A stretch of DNA of 62,101 nucleotides, filler included. It is 3 parts of 3 records of this genome, joined end to end, with 100 filler letters (N's around TTAATTAATTAA, not from the genome) between each part and the next. Parts side by side here need not be neighbours in the genome. Positions count along the whole stretch, not along the records: positions 26,698 to 46,050 come from SRR22947727_1478; 2 more parts are not named here. One strand, 5' to 3'. The position numbers and the translations under genes are program-made. The notes beneath the pieces were generated by a model that did not search any database, was not told the origin of the DNA, and was given only the letters and a program-made list of their open reading frames with translations. Each line of letters begins with the position of its first letter. The stretch's first letter is position 1. Positions 31,024-41,100 of the stretch are shown here, piece by piece.

Positions 31024-31556
31024 TGGCATACGGATTTCTAAAACCAGTTGCATCACTGAATGGTCTACCCTGCTCAGGGCATGGTCTTTGCTTGCCATCC
31101 ACTATTCACTCAATACAGTCGTGTGGCACCCCTCCAGTGCCCTACAGCATCCTCATTAAGAATTTTACATGCTGGTGGCCACCCACACCACTAATTCCCC
31201 TTTCATCGATCAACCCACTTAGGGCAACAGTGCTTGTGCAGTTTCTCCCCATCATGATTGGTGGCGATTACTTTACTTCACATATTGCATTGTGTACAAA
31301 TATTGTAATTTACCTCTGCCCTTGCGGTAATAGTATATGTCCCATCCCTACACCCGAGCCTTGTAGCGTATTGACTATTGAGGATTCAGGTGGCGCAGGA
31401 CACCCGAGAGTCCTCTTCCCCACTACGTTGACAGTCTTTGCATTTAAGATTCCTGTTGCGAGGATCTTAGATCCACTAGGTGTCGGATTCCCTGGATTCT
31501 CATATCCATGCTCCTCAGTGGTTGCTTTTGGGCATCCAACTGTGCTATCATCCTGA
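31023..31556 (+). CDS. PAAR-like spike-tip protein (gp5.4-like), Cys-rich
   Basis: CSGHG, H..L, TVFAFKIPVARILDPL, CSSVVAFGHPTVL; lies before gp25. Confidence 0.72.
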   Translation: MAYGFLKPVASLNGLPCSGHGLCLPSTIHSIQSCGTPPVPYSILIKNFTCWWPPTPLIPLSSINPLRATVLVQFLPIMIGGDYFTSHIALCTNIVIYLCPCGNSICPIPTPEPCSVLTIEDSGGAGHPRVLFPTTLTVFAFKIPVARILDPLGVGFPGFSYPCSSVVAFGHPTVLSS

Positions 31557-31575
31557 GGTAGTTTGAAAGGGACTA

Positions 31576-31725
31576 ATGCCTGCACGCGCAACAACAGGAC
31601 TGGTTAAAGATGGATGGGTACCTGGGAAACCTAAGATGACTCGACAGGGTACTTCTAAGAATACTAAATATTCTGCAACATCTCGTAATAGCAAAGGTAA
31701 GCGTTATCGTGGTCAAGGTCGATGA
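31576..31725 (+). CDS. 49-aa basic hypothetical protein (MPARATTG...KRYRGQGR)
   Basis: Hand translation; AAAGGGA upstream; stop overlaps the next ATG (ATGA). Confidence 0.75.
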   Translation: MPARATTGLVKDGWVPGKPKMTRQGTSKNTKYSATSRNSKGKRYRGQGR

Positions 31726-31973
31726 GATCTGAGACTAGAGAGTCTATGGAGATGCTTTGGTCTGCTAAATGGAATCTTCCAAAAGCAGCGAATCATTGTG
31801 GACTCTCTTACAAAGAGATGAAGATTACCTTTAACGAGTATTGTAATTTCCATCCAGCAACATATAATCATGAAGAGGAAACTCAATTTCATTTCCCAAG
31901 ACAAGGAAATGGCACTGATTCAGGAAATGATTTATCGGATCCAAATGGAGGATCCAGACATTCATCCGAGTAA
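31722..31973 (+). CDS. Small hypothetical protein, possible HTH (WNLPKAANHCGLS)
   Basis: Coupled start; the 3' part overlaps the next gene by 104 nt. Confidence 0.7.
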   Translation: MRSETRESMEMLWSAKWNLPKAANHCGLSYKEMKITFNEYCNFHPATYNHEEETQFHFPRQGNGTDSGNDLSDPNGGSRHSSE

Positions 31974-32394
31974 CACTTGTTTCTTATGTGTCTCACCAGA
32001 CTATTCCAGTATTGTGACTCAACATTTGAGTCATGCACTAAGTAAGGATGGTGAGATTTATCACATTGAAGCAGTGAATGTCCCATTCCCAGATGAATAT
32101 ACTGGAGCATATGCTAAGAGATTCACCGACGACTTTTTGTTGTGGACTCTAGACTGGGACAACTTTGTATTGATCGAAGCAGGTGTCATTAGAGGTGGCA
32201 ACTACACTTGGATCACAGATATCATGAAAGAGTATCAAGTAGTTGGTGATCGCACACCTTACTATACCGTTGCTCTTTGTGAGAATACAGGAAGCAGATT
32301 TAAGTCTGACTTCGTTTCCCATTATTATGACAATACCAAAGAAGATTTACACTTCTGGTGGGAGCGTCCTAATAATCATTGGGAATGTCCATAA
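31870..32394 (+). CDS. Phosphoribosyltransferase-fold-like protein
   Basis: FVLIEAGVIRGGNY resembles the PRPP-binding loop; C-terminal FWWE. Confidence 0.55.
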   Translation: MKRKLNFISQDKEMALIQEMIYRIQMEDPDIHPSNTCFLCVSPDYSSIVTQHLSHALSKDGEIYHIEAVNVPFPDEYTGAYAKRFTDDFLLWTLDWDNFVLIEAGVIRGGNYTWITDIMKEYQVVGDRTPYYTVALCENTGSRFKSDFVSHYYDNTKEDLHFWWERPNNHWECP

Positions 32395-32397
32395 ATA
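32391..32397 (+). promoter_or_regulatory. T4-like late promoter ATAAATA
   Basis: Consensus motif upstream of the small ORF and gp25. Confidence 0.7.
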
Positions 32398-32421
32398 AAA
32401 TTACCATGTGGAGGATTCATC

Positions 32422-32568
32422 GTGGCCAACAGTCCAGTACCTGATCAGAGCGAAGATTTTATCAAATCGGGTATGCGTCTAATAACCGACCCACGAAGTG
32501 ATAAATATCTTCATAAGGTGAGTCGCAACATCCAACCACCTGAGAGACCAAAGAAAAAAGAGGGTTAA
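32422..32568 (+). CDS. 48-aa hypothetical protein (MANSPVPDQSEDF...)
   Basis: GGAGG SD 7 nt before GTG; stop abuts the gp25 ATG. Confidence 0.7.
   Translation: MANSPVPDQSEDFIKSGMRLITDPRSDKYLHKVSRNIQPPERPKKKEG
32501..32507 (+). promoter_or_regulatory. T4-like late promoter ATAAATA upstream of gp25
   Basis: Consensus motif about 60 nt upstream of the ATG. Confidence 0.6.
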
Positions 32569-32982
32569 ATGCCTGCTTACAGATTCAGATCAGACCAATA
32601 CGTCAGTAGAGGGTTTAAGGATTTAGCAATTTCCTTTAATTCAAATCCTTCTACTGACGACTTTGGTGCTGTCAAGAATGAGAGAGCAATCAATCAATCT
32701 GTAAGAAATTTATTATTGACTATACTAGGTGAAAGACCTTTTCAACCGAACATTGGAAGTCGGGTGAAAGGTCTTCTTTTTGAGCCATGGGATCCATTCT
32801 CTAAGGATGCGATCAAGACTGAAATTCGTGATTGTCTCAAACGTCTTGAACCACGGATTACTGTTGAGGATGTACGTATCAGAGATAACAGTGATCTAAA
32901 TGAAATTCAAGTTGAGCTTGAATATTTGATTACTGGAGAAAACGTAACCCAAGAAGTAACATTCCTCTTAGAGAAGACCTGA
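32569..32982 (+). CDS. g25: Baseplate wedge subunit gp25
   Basis: AINQSVRNLLLT..GERPFQP.IGS and LEPRI motifs. Confidence 0.93.
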   Translation: MPAYRFRSDQYVSRGFKDLAISFNSNPSTDDFGAVKNERAINQSVRNLLLTILGERPFQPNIGSRVKGLLFEPWDPFSKDAIKTEIRDCLKRLEPRITVEDVRIRDNSDLNEIQVELEYLITGENVTQEVTFLLEKT

Positions 32983-32983
32983 A

Positions 32984-35179
32984 ATGTCTGCTATCCCATC
33001 ACAACTAACATCGTTAGACTTCTTTGAGATTAAAGAGTCTATTAAATCCTACCTCAGAACGCGTAACGAGTTTACTGATTACGACTTTGAGGGTAGTGCT
33101 GCGTCGTATCTCATTGATACCCTCGCTTATAACACATATTATACGGCATTCAACGCTAATATGGCGCTGAATGAAGCATTTCTTGAGACTGCTACGGTCA
33201 GAGATAACGTTATCCGCATCGCAAAGCAGTTAAATTACACCCCTAGGTCAATTAAAGCACCTAGAGCGTGTGTAACTATCCGTGTGCAGACACAAGTTTC
33301 GCTAAATGGCACTACATATCCAGAATTCTGCACACTCGCTGCAGGAGATGTGTTTGTTGCCCGTAACTTTAATGATACTTACACCTTCTGTGTGACTAGG
33401 GCGTTGCAAACTACGGTAGATCCTGCAACTGGTATCGCAGTATTCGACCCTGTGCTCGTTTATCAGGGCAATTTGCTCAAGTATAACTACACAGTTGATT
33501 ATACGAAGAGGCAGGACTATATTATTCCCGCTGAAAACGTAGATACCGCCTTGGTTTATGTTGATATCTCACCTAACGCACAGTCACAAGAGATTGATAC
33601 ATATAACCTTGCTGCAAACGTAACTACACTCAACAATACTTCTCGTGTTTACTACCTTGAGGAGTCAGATGACCTTAGATACCGCCTAGTTTTCGGTGAT
33701 GGCATCCTTGGACGTAAATTGATCAACGGTGAATTCATCAGACTGTCCTATGTGACCACTTTTGGTGAAGAAGCAAATGGTTGTAAGGACTTTGCCTTCA
33801 TTGGCACTATCAGAGATAGTGATCAACGCGCAATTGCACCTGCAAACATTGCAGTTGTCACTAGAGAGTCTGCAGCAGACGGTGAAGAGCGCGAAAGTGC
33901 GCTGTCTATTAAGTTTAGAGCACCTAGATCCTTCGCTACTCAAAACAGAGCAGTGACTGAAACTGATTATGAGCATATTGTCTCGGAGATCTATCCTCAA
34001 GCAGCATCAGTGACCGCATATGGTGGTGAGAAACTCAGTCCACCCATTTACGGTAAAGTTTATGTTGCAATTCGTCCCAAAACTGGCAATAAACTGAATG
34101 AGACGACAAAAGCAAAGATTAGAAACGATCTGAAGCGTTATACAGTTGCATCAATCGATCCTGTGATCATTGATCCTACTATTTTCTACGTTATCCCCAA
34201 ATCTTACGTTTATTACGACGGAAATAACACTAATAAGAGTGGTGCTCAACTCGGAAGTGATGTTTTGCGTAATGTTGACCAGTTTAACAAGAATGGTCAA
34301 AACAATCGTTTCGGTGGTCGCATCGATACGTCAAAATACAATGCGATGGTCGATAATAGCGATCCTGCAATCTCAGGTAGTGTTACTCAGATGACCATTG
34401 GTCAGAATCTCGACCAATTTGAGTTTGGTAATGTCTTTACTCAATGTCTCGACTTTGGAAACCCACTTTATAATCCTGGCGATTACTCAGGAAGTCCTGA
34501 AGGTGGTGGTGGCAGTGGTGATGGCGGTGAGTGCTCCACTGATGCAGATTGTCCAGCGGGTCAAGTCTGTATTAACGGTAGATGTGAGGATGATCCCAAT
34601 TCTGGTGGTGGAGATAAAGGTACTTGTGCTCCTTCCTTCTCTGTAGTGAAATCGGGCACATTCTATGCAACAGGTTACTCTGAAGATCTCGTTAATTTGA
34701 CATTACAAGGTGCTGGCACTAATTCCACCAGTCCTGTTACGTCTTCTCAATCAATTACAGGAGAAAATCAAGTATTGGTGCCTGTTAACATCAGAGATGA
34801 TGGAAAAGGTAACCTCCTTCTTATCACTAAAAGAGATGAGGTTGAAGTTGTGTTAAATAATGCTGTTGGTAGCGTTGATTACAGTAAAGGACAAGTTTGC
34901 GTCGGTCCCCTTGCAATTCAAGGCACGCCAGACGACTCAACTCGTCTTCCCATCCAAGTATTGCCTTATGGTGGATCTCTCTTGATTCCACCTGGCGTTG
35001 ATCCTACATTATTCGATGTTAACGTCTTCCCAATCGATTGGAAAACCAATGACATCTCAATCCCCAACTTCGATCCTAATAACTTTAGCGGTTATAACTT
35101 CGGTGACCCTAATGGGATAAATATCATTGATTATCCCACGGATAGTTTCACATATCCAGTAGATACCTCCTGTTTCTGA
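32984..35179 (+). CDS. g6: Baseplate wedge subunit gp6
   Basis: LDFFEIKESIK, FTDYDFEGS, LAYNTYY, FGDGILG, QNRAVT..DY, YGKVYVAI. Confidence 0.93.
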   Translation: MSAIPSQLTSLDFFEIKESIKSYLRTRNEFTDYDFEGSAASYLIDTLAYNTYYTAFNANMALNEAFLETATVRDNVIRIAKQLNYTPRSIKAPRACVTIRVQTQVSLNGTTYPEFCTLAAGDVFVARNFNDTYTFCVTRALQTTVDPATGIAVFDPVLVYQGNLLKYNYTVDYTKRQDYIIPAENVDTALVYVDISPNAQSQEIDTYNLAANVTTLNNTSRVYYLEESDDLRYRLVFGDGILGRKLINGEFIRLSYVTTFGEEANGCKDFAFIGTIRDSDQRAIAPANIAVVTRESAADGEERESALSIKFRAPRSFATQNRAVTETDYEHIVSEIYPQAASVTAYGGEKLSPPIYGKVYVAIRPKTGNKLNETTKAKIRNDLKRYTVASIDPVIIDPTIFYVIPKSYVYYDGNNTNKSGAQLGSDVLRNVDQFNKNGQNNRFGGRIDTSKYNAMVDNSDPAISGSVTQMTIGQNLDQFEFGNVFTQCLDFGNPLYNPGDYSGSPEGGGGSGDGGECSTDADCPAGQVCINGRCEDDPNSGGGDKGTCAPSFSVVKSGTFYATGYSEDLVNLTLQGAGTNSTSPVTSSQSITGENQVLVPVNIRDDGKGNLLLITKRDEVEVVLNNAVGSVDYSKGQVCVGPLAIQGTPDDSTRLPIQVLPYGGSLLIPPGVDPTLFDVNVFPIDWKTNDISIPNFDPNNFSGYNFGDPNGINIIDYPTDSFTYPVDTSCF
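35117..35123 (+). promoter_or_regulatory. T4-like late promoter ATAAATA upstream of gp7
   Basis: Consensus motif about 60 nt upstream of the ATG. Confidence 0.6.
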
Positions 35180-35184
35180 GATAG

Positions 35185-38100
35185 ATGCCTACCAAAAATA
35201 TCAACATTTCGGATAGAGTTGAAAATCAACTCCCAGAATTTATTAGGGAGGAAGATCGACATTTTGTTGACTTTCTCTTCCAATATTACAAGTCTCAAGA
35301 AAAAACAGGTCGTCCTTATGACATCCTGAATAATCTTCTGGGTTATTTGGACCTGGACTCTTATACTTCAGACGAATTGTCACAAGATACACTCTTATTG
35401 AGTGATATCGGTCTGTACGATAAAAATATTCAAATTGAGTCGATTGACGGTTTCAAGGAAACCAATGGATCGATCATGATCGATAATGAGGTCATTTATT
35501 ACGAGAATGTTACTCGTGGACCTGATGCGATCATTACCCCAGGTGTTTCTCCTAGTCAATTCGACAAAAAGAAACAACAACTAGAAAATCCCTTCACTTT
35601 GTTTGATGGGACTAGAAATCAATTCCCCCTAAGCTTTTTAGGGACTCCTGTAAATCCTCCTTCGGCAGAGCACCTAATTGTTGTCACGTACAACGAAATA
35701 TTAGTCCCTGGCACTGATTATTTTCTTGAGGGCGATGAAATTCGCTTTGCTGTTGCTCCCCGTGCGAGATCTGGTGCTGACGACTCTGCATTCACTGAAA
35801 TTGTATATTTGGTTGGGTATGCCGATCAAACGATCGTCACAACTGATGCAATACCCTCTGCAGAATTTCAAGGTAAGAAAGAATATCCCCTCAGAGTAAA
35901 TACTCAACCATATACACCAACTTCGGCAATTGGTCTGATTGTTAAGAAAAACAATCGCCAACTTGAGGCATATACTGATTATACTGTATATGGAAATGAA
36001 ATTATCTTCAGATTCCCGCTGGGTGCTGCTGATAATATTCATATTCGCTCTATTGAGTATAATTCCCCCTCTTTCGGATCTGGAGCATCTGCAGTCGTAT
36101 CTGTTGATGCAAATGGTCGAGTTGACCGTCTAATTCCTAAAACTGGTGGTAGTGGATATAGACTAGACTTTGAGCCTAAGGTTGTAGTCCAGCACAACGA
36201 AGGTGTAGGTGCAACTGCCAAGACTTTGGTTAGTGGTATCAAAGATATTACCCTAATTGATGGTGGGCAGGGTTACACATCATACAACCCTCCAATCGCT
36301 ATTGTGGGCGCTCCTGCGGGCGGCACACTGGCAAAAGTTGCTCTGACTGTAAATGATGAAACTGGTCAGGTCAATAGTCTGACTATTATGAATTCTGGTA
36401 GTGGATATGACTTTATCCCTGCTATCTCTTTCGTTAATCCTGGTGGTTGTAAAATCGGTCAACCAACGATTGATAGTGAAGGTCGTGTAAACATCAATAG
36501 TATTGATGTCACAGAACAAGGTCTTAACTACAGCAATCCTCCTATTGTTTATTTGGACCCTGCACCTGAAGGCGGTATTAACGCTCAGGCAATCTCTAGA
36601 ATCAACCAAGACGGTCAAGTCTATGAGATCGTTATTACGAATAGAGGTAGAGGGTATACAACCCCACCTAGAGCAAGAATTATTCAACCTATTGGTGCTC
36701 AGGTTCTTGACGTTACTGTTGCATCTGGTAACGTTACGAATATTGAAATGCTAACAGGTGGCACAGGTTATACTGATGCTCCTTCTGTGTATATTGTTGA
36801 CGATAGAAAGGATCCTTACGGTGATCCAATTGGTGGCACAGGTGCAACTGCTGCTGCAACTATTTTCAACGGTGAAATCACCGATATCAATATTACCAAC
36901 TTTGGTACTGGATATTCAGAAACAGAACCTCCTAAGATTTACATTGCCGAACCTAAAGCAGCAAGAGCATCTGTTGCTGTCGGTTTTAACGAACTGACTG
37001 GTTATGAAATTATTGAAAGAGGTACTGGTTATTCCCCCTCTGCATTCCTTGAGTGTAGTCGTGGTGTATCTGGTGCTGTTGGATATGATAATCTCCATAA
37101 CGAGATCTACGCTGGTGAAGCATCATTACGTCAGTCTACTCACCCTGCAGCATCTACAGTTATTAACCTAGACTCTCTGTTTATTAGAGAAGTCTTTGAT
37201 AAATTTAGAAGACAATATCTTCCTACTATTGAGATTGATTATACTTCAATCAATCCAGTCCAAGTCATTAAAAGTATCACTGATTTTTACATCAGTAAAG
37301 GTACTGAGATCTCCACACAGTATCTGTTTAAGATCATGTTTGGCGAGCAGGTGGATATCTACTATCCTAGAGATGAGATCATCTCTCCGTCTGCTGCAAC
37401 ATGGGTTGTTGACACAGTGTTGCGTGCTGAATTGATTTCAGGTGATCCTGCAAATCTCATCGACTCTCAACTTCGTCAGTATGCTGATCCTGTTGACCTT
37501 AGTGTTAAGGCAGCAAATGCTCTGATTGAAAACGTCATTACCATCATCGAAGGTAAAGATACCATCTATGAATTGGCAATCTCTGAAGAGACGCTAACTG
37601 GTAGTTTCATCATCCCTTATAAGACGACTCTAGTTGAGCCACTGACCACCACAGGTCAGATTATTACCGTTGACTCCACTATTGGATGGCCAGAAAGAAA
37701 CGGCACCATTCGTATCAACGATCAAGAAATTGTACAGTATAAAGAGAAATCACTTAACCAGTTTATCGAATGCACCAGATCCCAAAATGGTGTTGTAGAA
37801 GATTGGGATCCTGGCACTCTTGTCTTCTCTGACATCTTTGTATATGTCAATAAGGATACTGCTACTGAGTGCAAACTCAGAGTGCTTGGTATTGCAGAAG
37901 CAGGTACAACGATTCTAGAGGATACTGGATCTTACTATCTACAAGGCGACAAACTAAAGGTTGCTAAACTTGGATCTTCTTCTGAAGATGAGAGACTATC
38001 TTCTTGGTTGTATAACGTTAAGAAACTTATTCAAGTTGATACTGTTACTCCTGGTGGTGTTAATAACCAGACTGCTACTGTTGTTTGTAATAATCCACAC

Positions 38101-41100
38101 GGTCTCTTGGTATCAGATCAGGTGACGATTTATGGTGCAAACCCTGTTGTATTCAACGGCACTTTCACCGTTACTTCTCGTATTGATACATTCCAATTTA
38201 CATATCAGATTAATACTCCTACAGAGATTATTCCTGAAGGTAACATTCTTCTCTCTGTAGACCTTAACCGAGGTAAGTCTGATGTCAATTCCATCAACAC
38301 TGTTGTTAGCGAATTTACAACAAATATTCAAAACTCATTCTTTAATGATGAGTATGTTTATATTGCTTCCTCTGGTCTACCCAACTATAAGGTTGGTCCT
38401 TTCATAGGATCAGCACTGATTCCTGGTAACCAGCGTAAACTGCTTCGTCTCCCCCGTAACGTCCAGACCATTTCTGAGCGTCAGGATATTAAAGCAAACA
38501 CCTCGATCGGTGCTTGGGTAAACGGTGTTTCTATCTGGGCATATAAGTCTGGCGACTTTGTTAGATTTGGTCCTCTGACTGGCATTACAGTTGCCAATAC
38601 TGGTCAAGACTATGATGCAGGATCTAAACCTGCTCTAGAGATTACTGGTGGTGGCGGTACAGGTGCTACTGGTGAAGTTGTTGTTAATGGCAGTCTAACT
38701 TCACTTGATGTTACTAATGAAGGTAGTGGATATACAGAATCTCCCCTAGTCTCCATCGTTGGTGGTGGCGGTATTGGAGCAACTGCACAAGCTATCGTAA
38801 CTGGTGGTCGTGTTACCAGAATTCTGGTTGAGCAACCAGGATCAGGGTATACTTCACAACCTAGTATTTCAGTTACTGGTGGTGGTGGCACAGGTGCTAC
38901 AGCAAATGCAAACGTCCGTGGTCCTATTCAAAGTGTTAGTATCACTGCTGCTGGTACTGGTTATACAGATTTGCCTGCAATCAGAGTTAACTCTGGTGAA
39001 GGTGCTTTAGCACAACCCATTGTTATCAATGGTCGTATTGTTTCTATTGCTATCATTAACTCTGGTAGTGGTTATACCACTGCTCCTACCATTGTCATCA
39101 ATGGTGATGGTTTTGGTGCTATTGCAAGAGCAGTCATTGGCACCATTGGTGAAGATAAAGGTAGAGTCCTTAGCGTTGAGATCACTAATAGAGGTATTGG
39201 ATATACTCAAGGTCTTACTACTGTCAGACTTGAGTCTGTTGGCGACTTTGCTGAGTTTACGCCACAAGTTTTTGAGTGGAATAAAAACCTTCAGTATGAT
39301 CTTGCTTCTAGATATGATGGAGCAAGAGGATACGTCTTCACTGGTCTGAATAACCAGTTTGGTGGTGAGTATGCTCACCTTAGTGATCCCAAAGAGCTCC
39401 GTTATGTGGTTGGGGATAATGTTTTCCTCAATGCTGTAACACAACGATTCCAAGAGGTAGAATCTAACTTTGAGCACTCTCCTATTTTGGGTTGGGCGTA
39501 TGATGGTAACCCAATCTATGGTCCCTATGGTTACATTGACCCAACTGACCAGAACAGCGGAGTCAGAAGACTTCGTACTTCATATAAACTAAAGGATAAC
39601 GTTGTCTTTGATGCTGCGACTAACCCTAATCCCGCTCGTGTTGATGGACCTGCTCTAACAACATATCCTGCAGGATCGTTTGTTGCTGACTATGAGTATG
39701 ACTTCCAGTCTGGTGACCTTGACAACTATAACGGTCGTTTCTGTAAGACACCTCAATATCCTGATGGCACATATGCATACTTTATCACTATTGATGCATC
39801 AGAAGCAGGTATTGCAGAATTCCCATATATCCTTGGTCCCCAGTTTAACTCTCTACCCGATAGTTGGAATTTTGCCCAAGGGGCAACTCAGGAAAATATT
39901 CCACAAGATGTTGTAAGGTATAGAGATCCTTATGTCAACGTTGACATTGATGTTGATCGTCAACCTAACCAAGAAGCAGATGTCCTGACGACTGAGATCG
40001 AAGGATATCCTATTATCTTCGAGGTACAGGATAGTAATAACGACGGAATCATTGATGCCAATGAGCAGCAAGAAATCCTTGAGATGTCTGAAGAGGCAAC
40101 TCTGCAAATCTACGATTACTTCCCTCAGGTTTCTGAAGAGTCTAGGGTTGACATTGAAGTTGAGACAACCACTCAGTTTGAGGATGCTCAGATTGACGGT
40201 TTCGTTATTGAGAATCCAGGTGAGTCTTATCAGGTTAATGACACCATCTTCTTTGATGACGAAGGCACTGGTGGTTTCGGTGCTTCGGCATTCATCGAAT
40301 CTGTTAAGGGTCAAGTTATCCAGGCATATAGTAAGGAGATCATTGGTGATCGTCCTTACGGTGTAATTACTACATCAGCTGACCACGACTTGCGTCAACA
40401 AGATGAGTTGATTATCAATTCCTCTCCTGTTATCGATAACACCAACAAAAACTTTAAAGTTAAAGTTGTATCTGGCATTGAGCGTATCAACGTAACTCAG
40501 GTTGGTGTTGGTTATAATGAGGACATTCCTCCCACGTTTGAATTGATCACATCTGCTGGTCAGGATGGTCAACTACAGATTGTCTTACAAAATACTGGTC
40601 AGATCAACAGCGTCAACATTATCAACTCTGGTAATGGTTATGATCCCGAGAATCCTCCTCAAATCCGTGTCTCACATCCACAGCAGTTTAAGAAGACTCG
40701 CTATTGGTTGAGTGAGTATATGGAAGCAACTGGTATCATTGAAGTCAATGATATTAAGATCACCGCACAACGCTATACCTATATTTGCGGTAAGATTACT
40801 GAGGCAGATGCCGATGAGTCTGGTTTCCTTGCTAAGTTTGATGACTTGGGTCAGAAGATCTGGGAGAGAACTCTCATTCCTATTAATGCTAACCAGAAGA
40901 GGGCTGAATTCCTCAAGATGGTGATAAATGACTCTCCAGAAAACGACCTCATATATGTTACAGGCCAAACAAAGAATCCTGACAACGATACGTACAACCC
41001 AGACATCTGGTTAGGACTTTATGAGTCTGGATTCAATAATGCAAACGATCCTGACGGTATCCTGAAGTGGCAGAGAGCGATCGCTGGTATCTCTGGTAGC

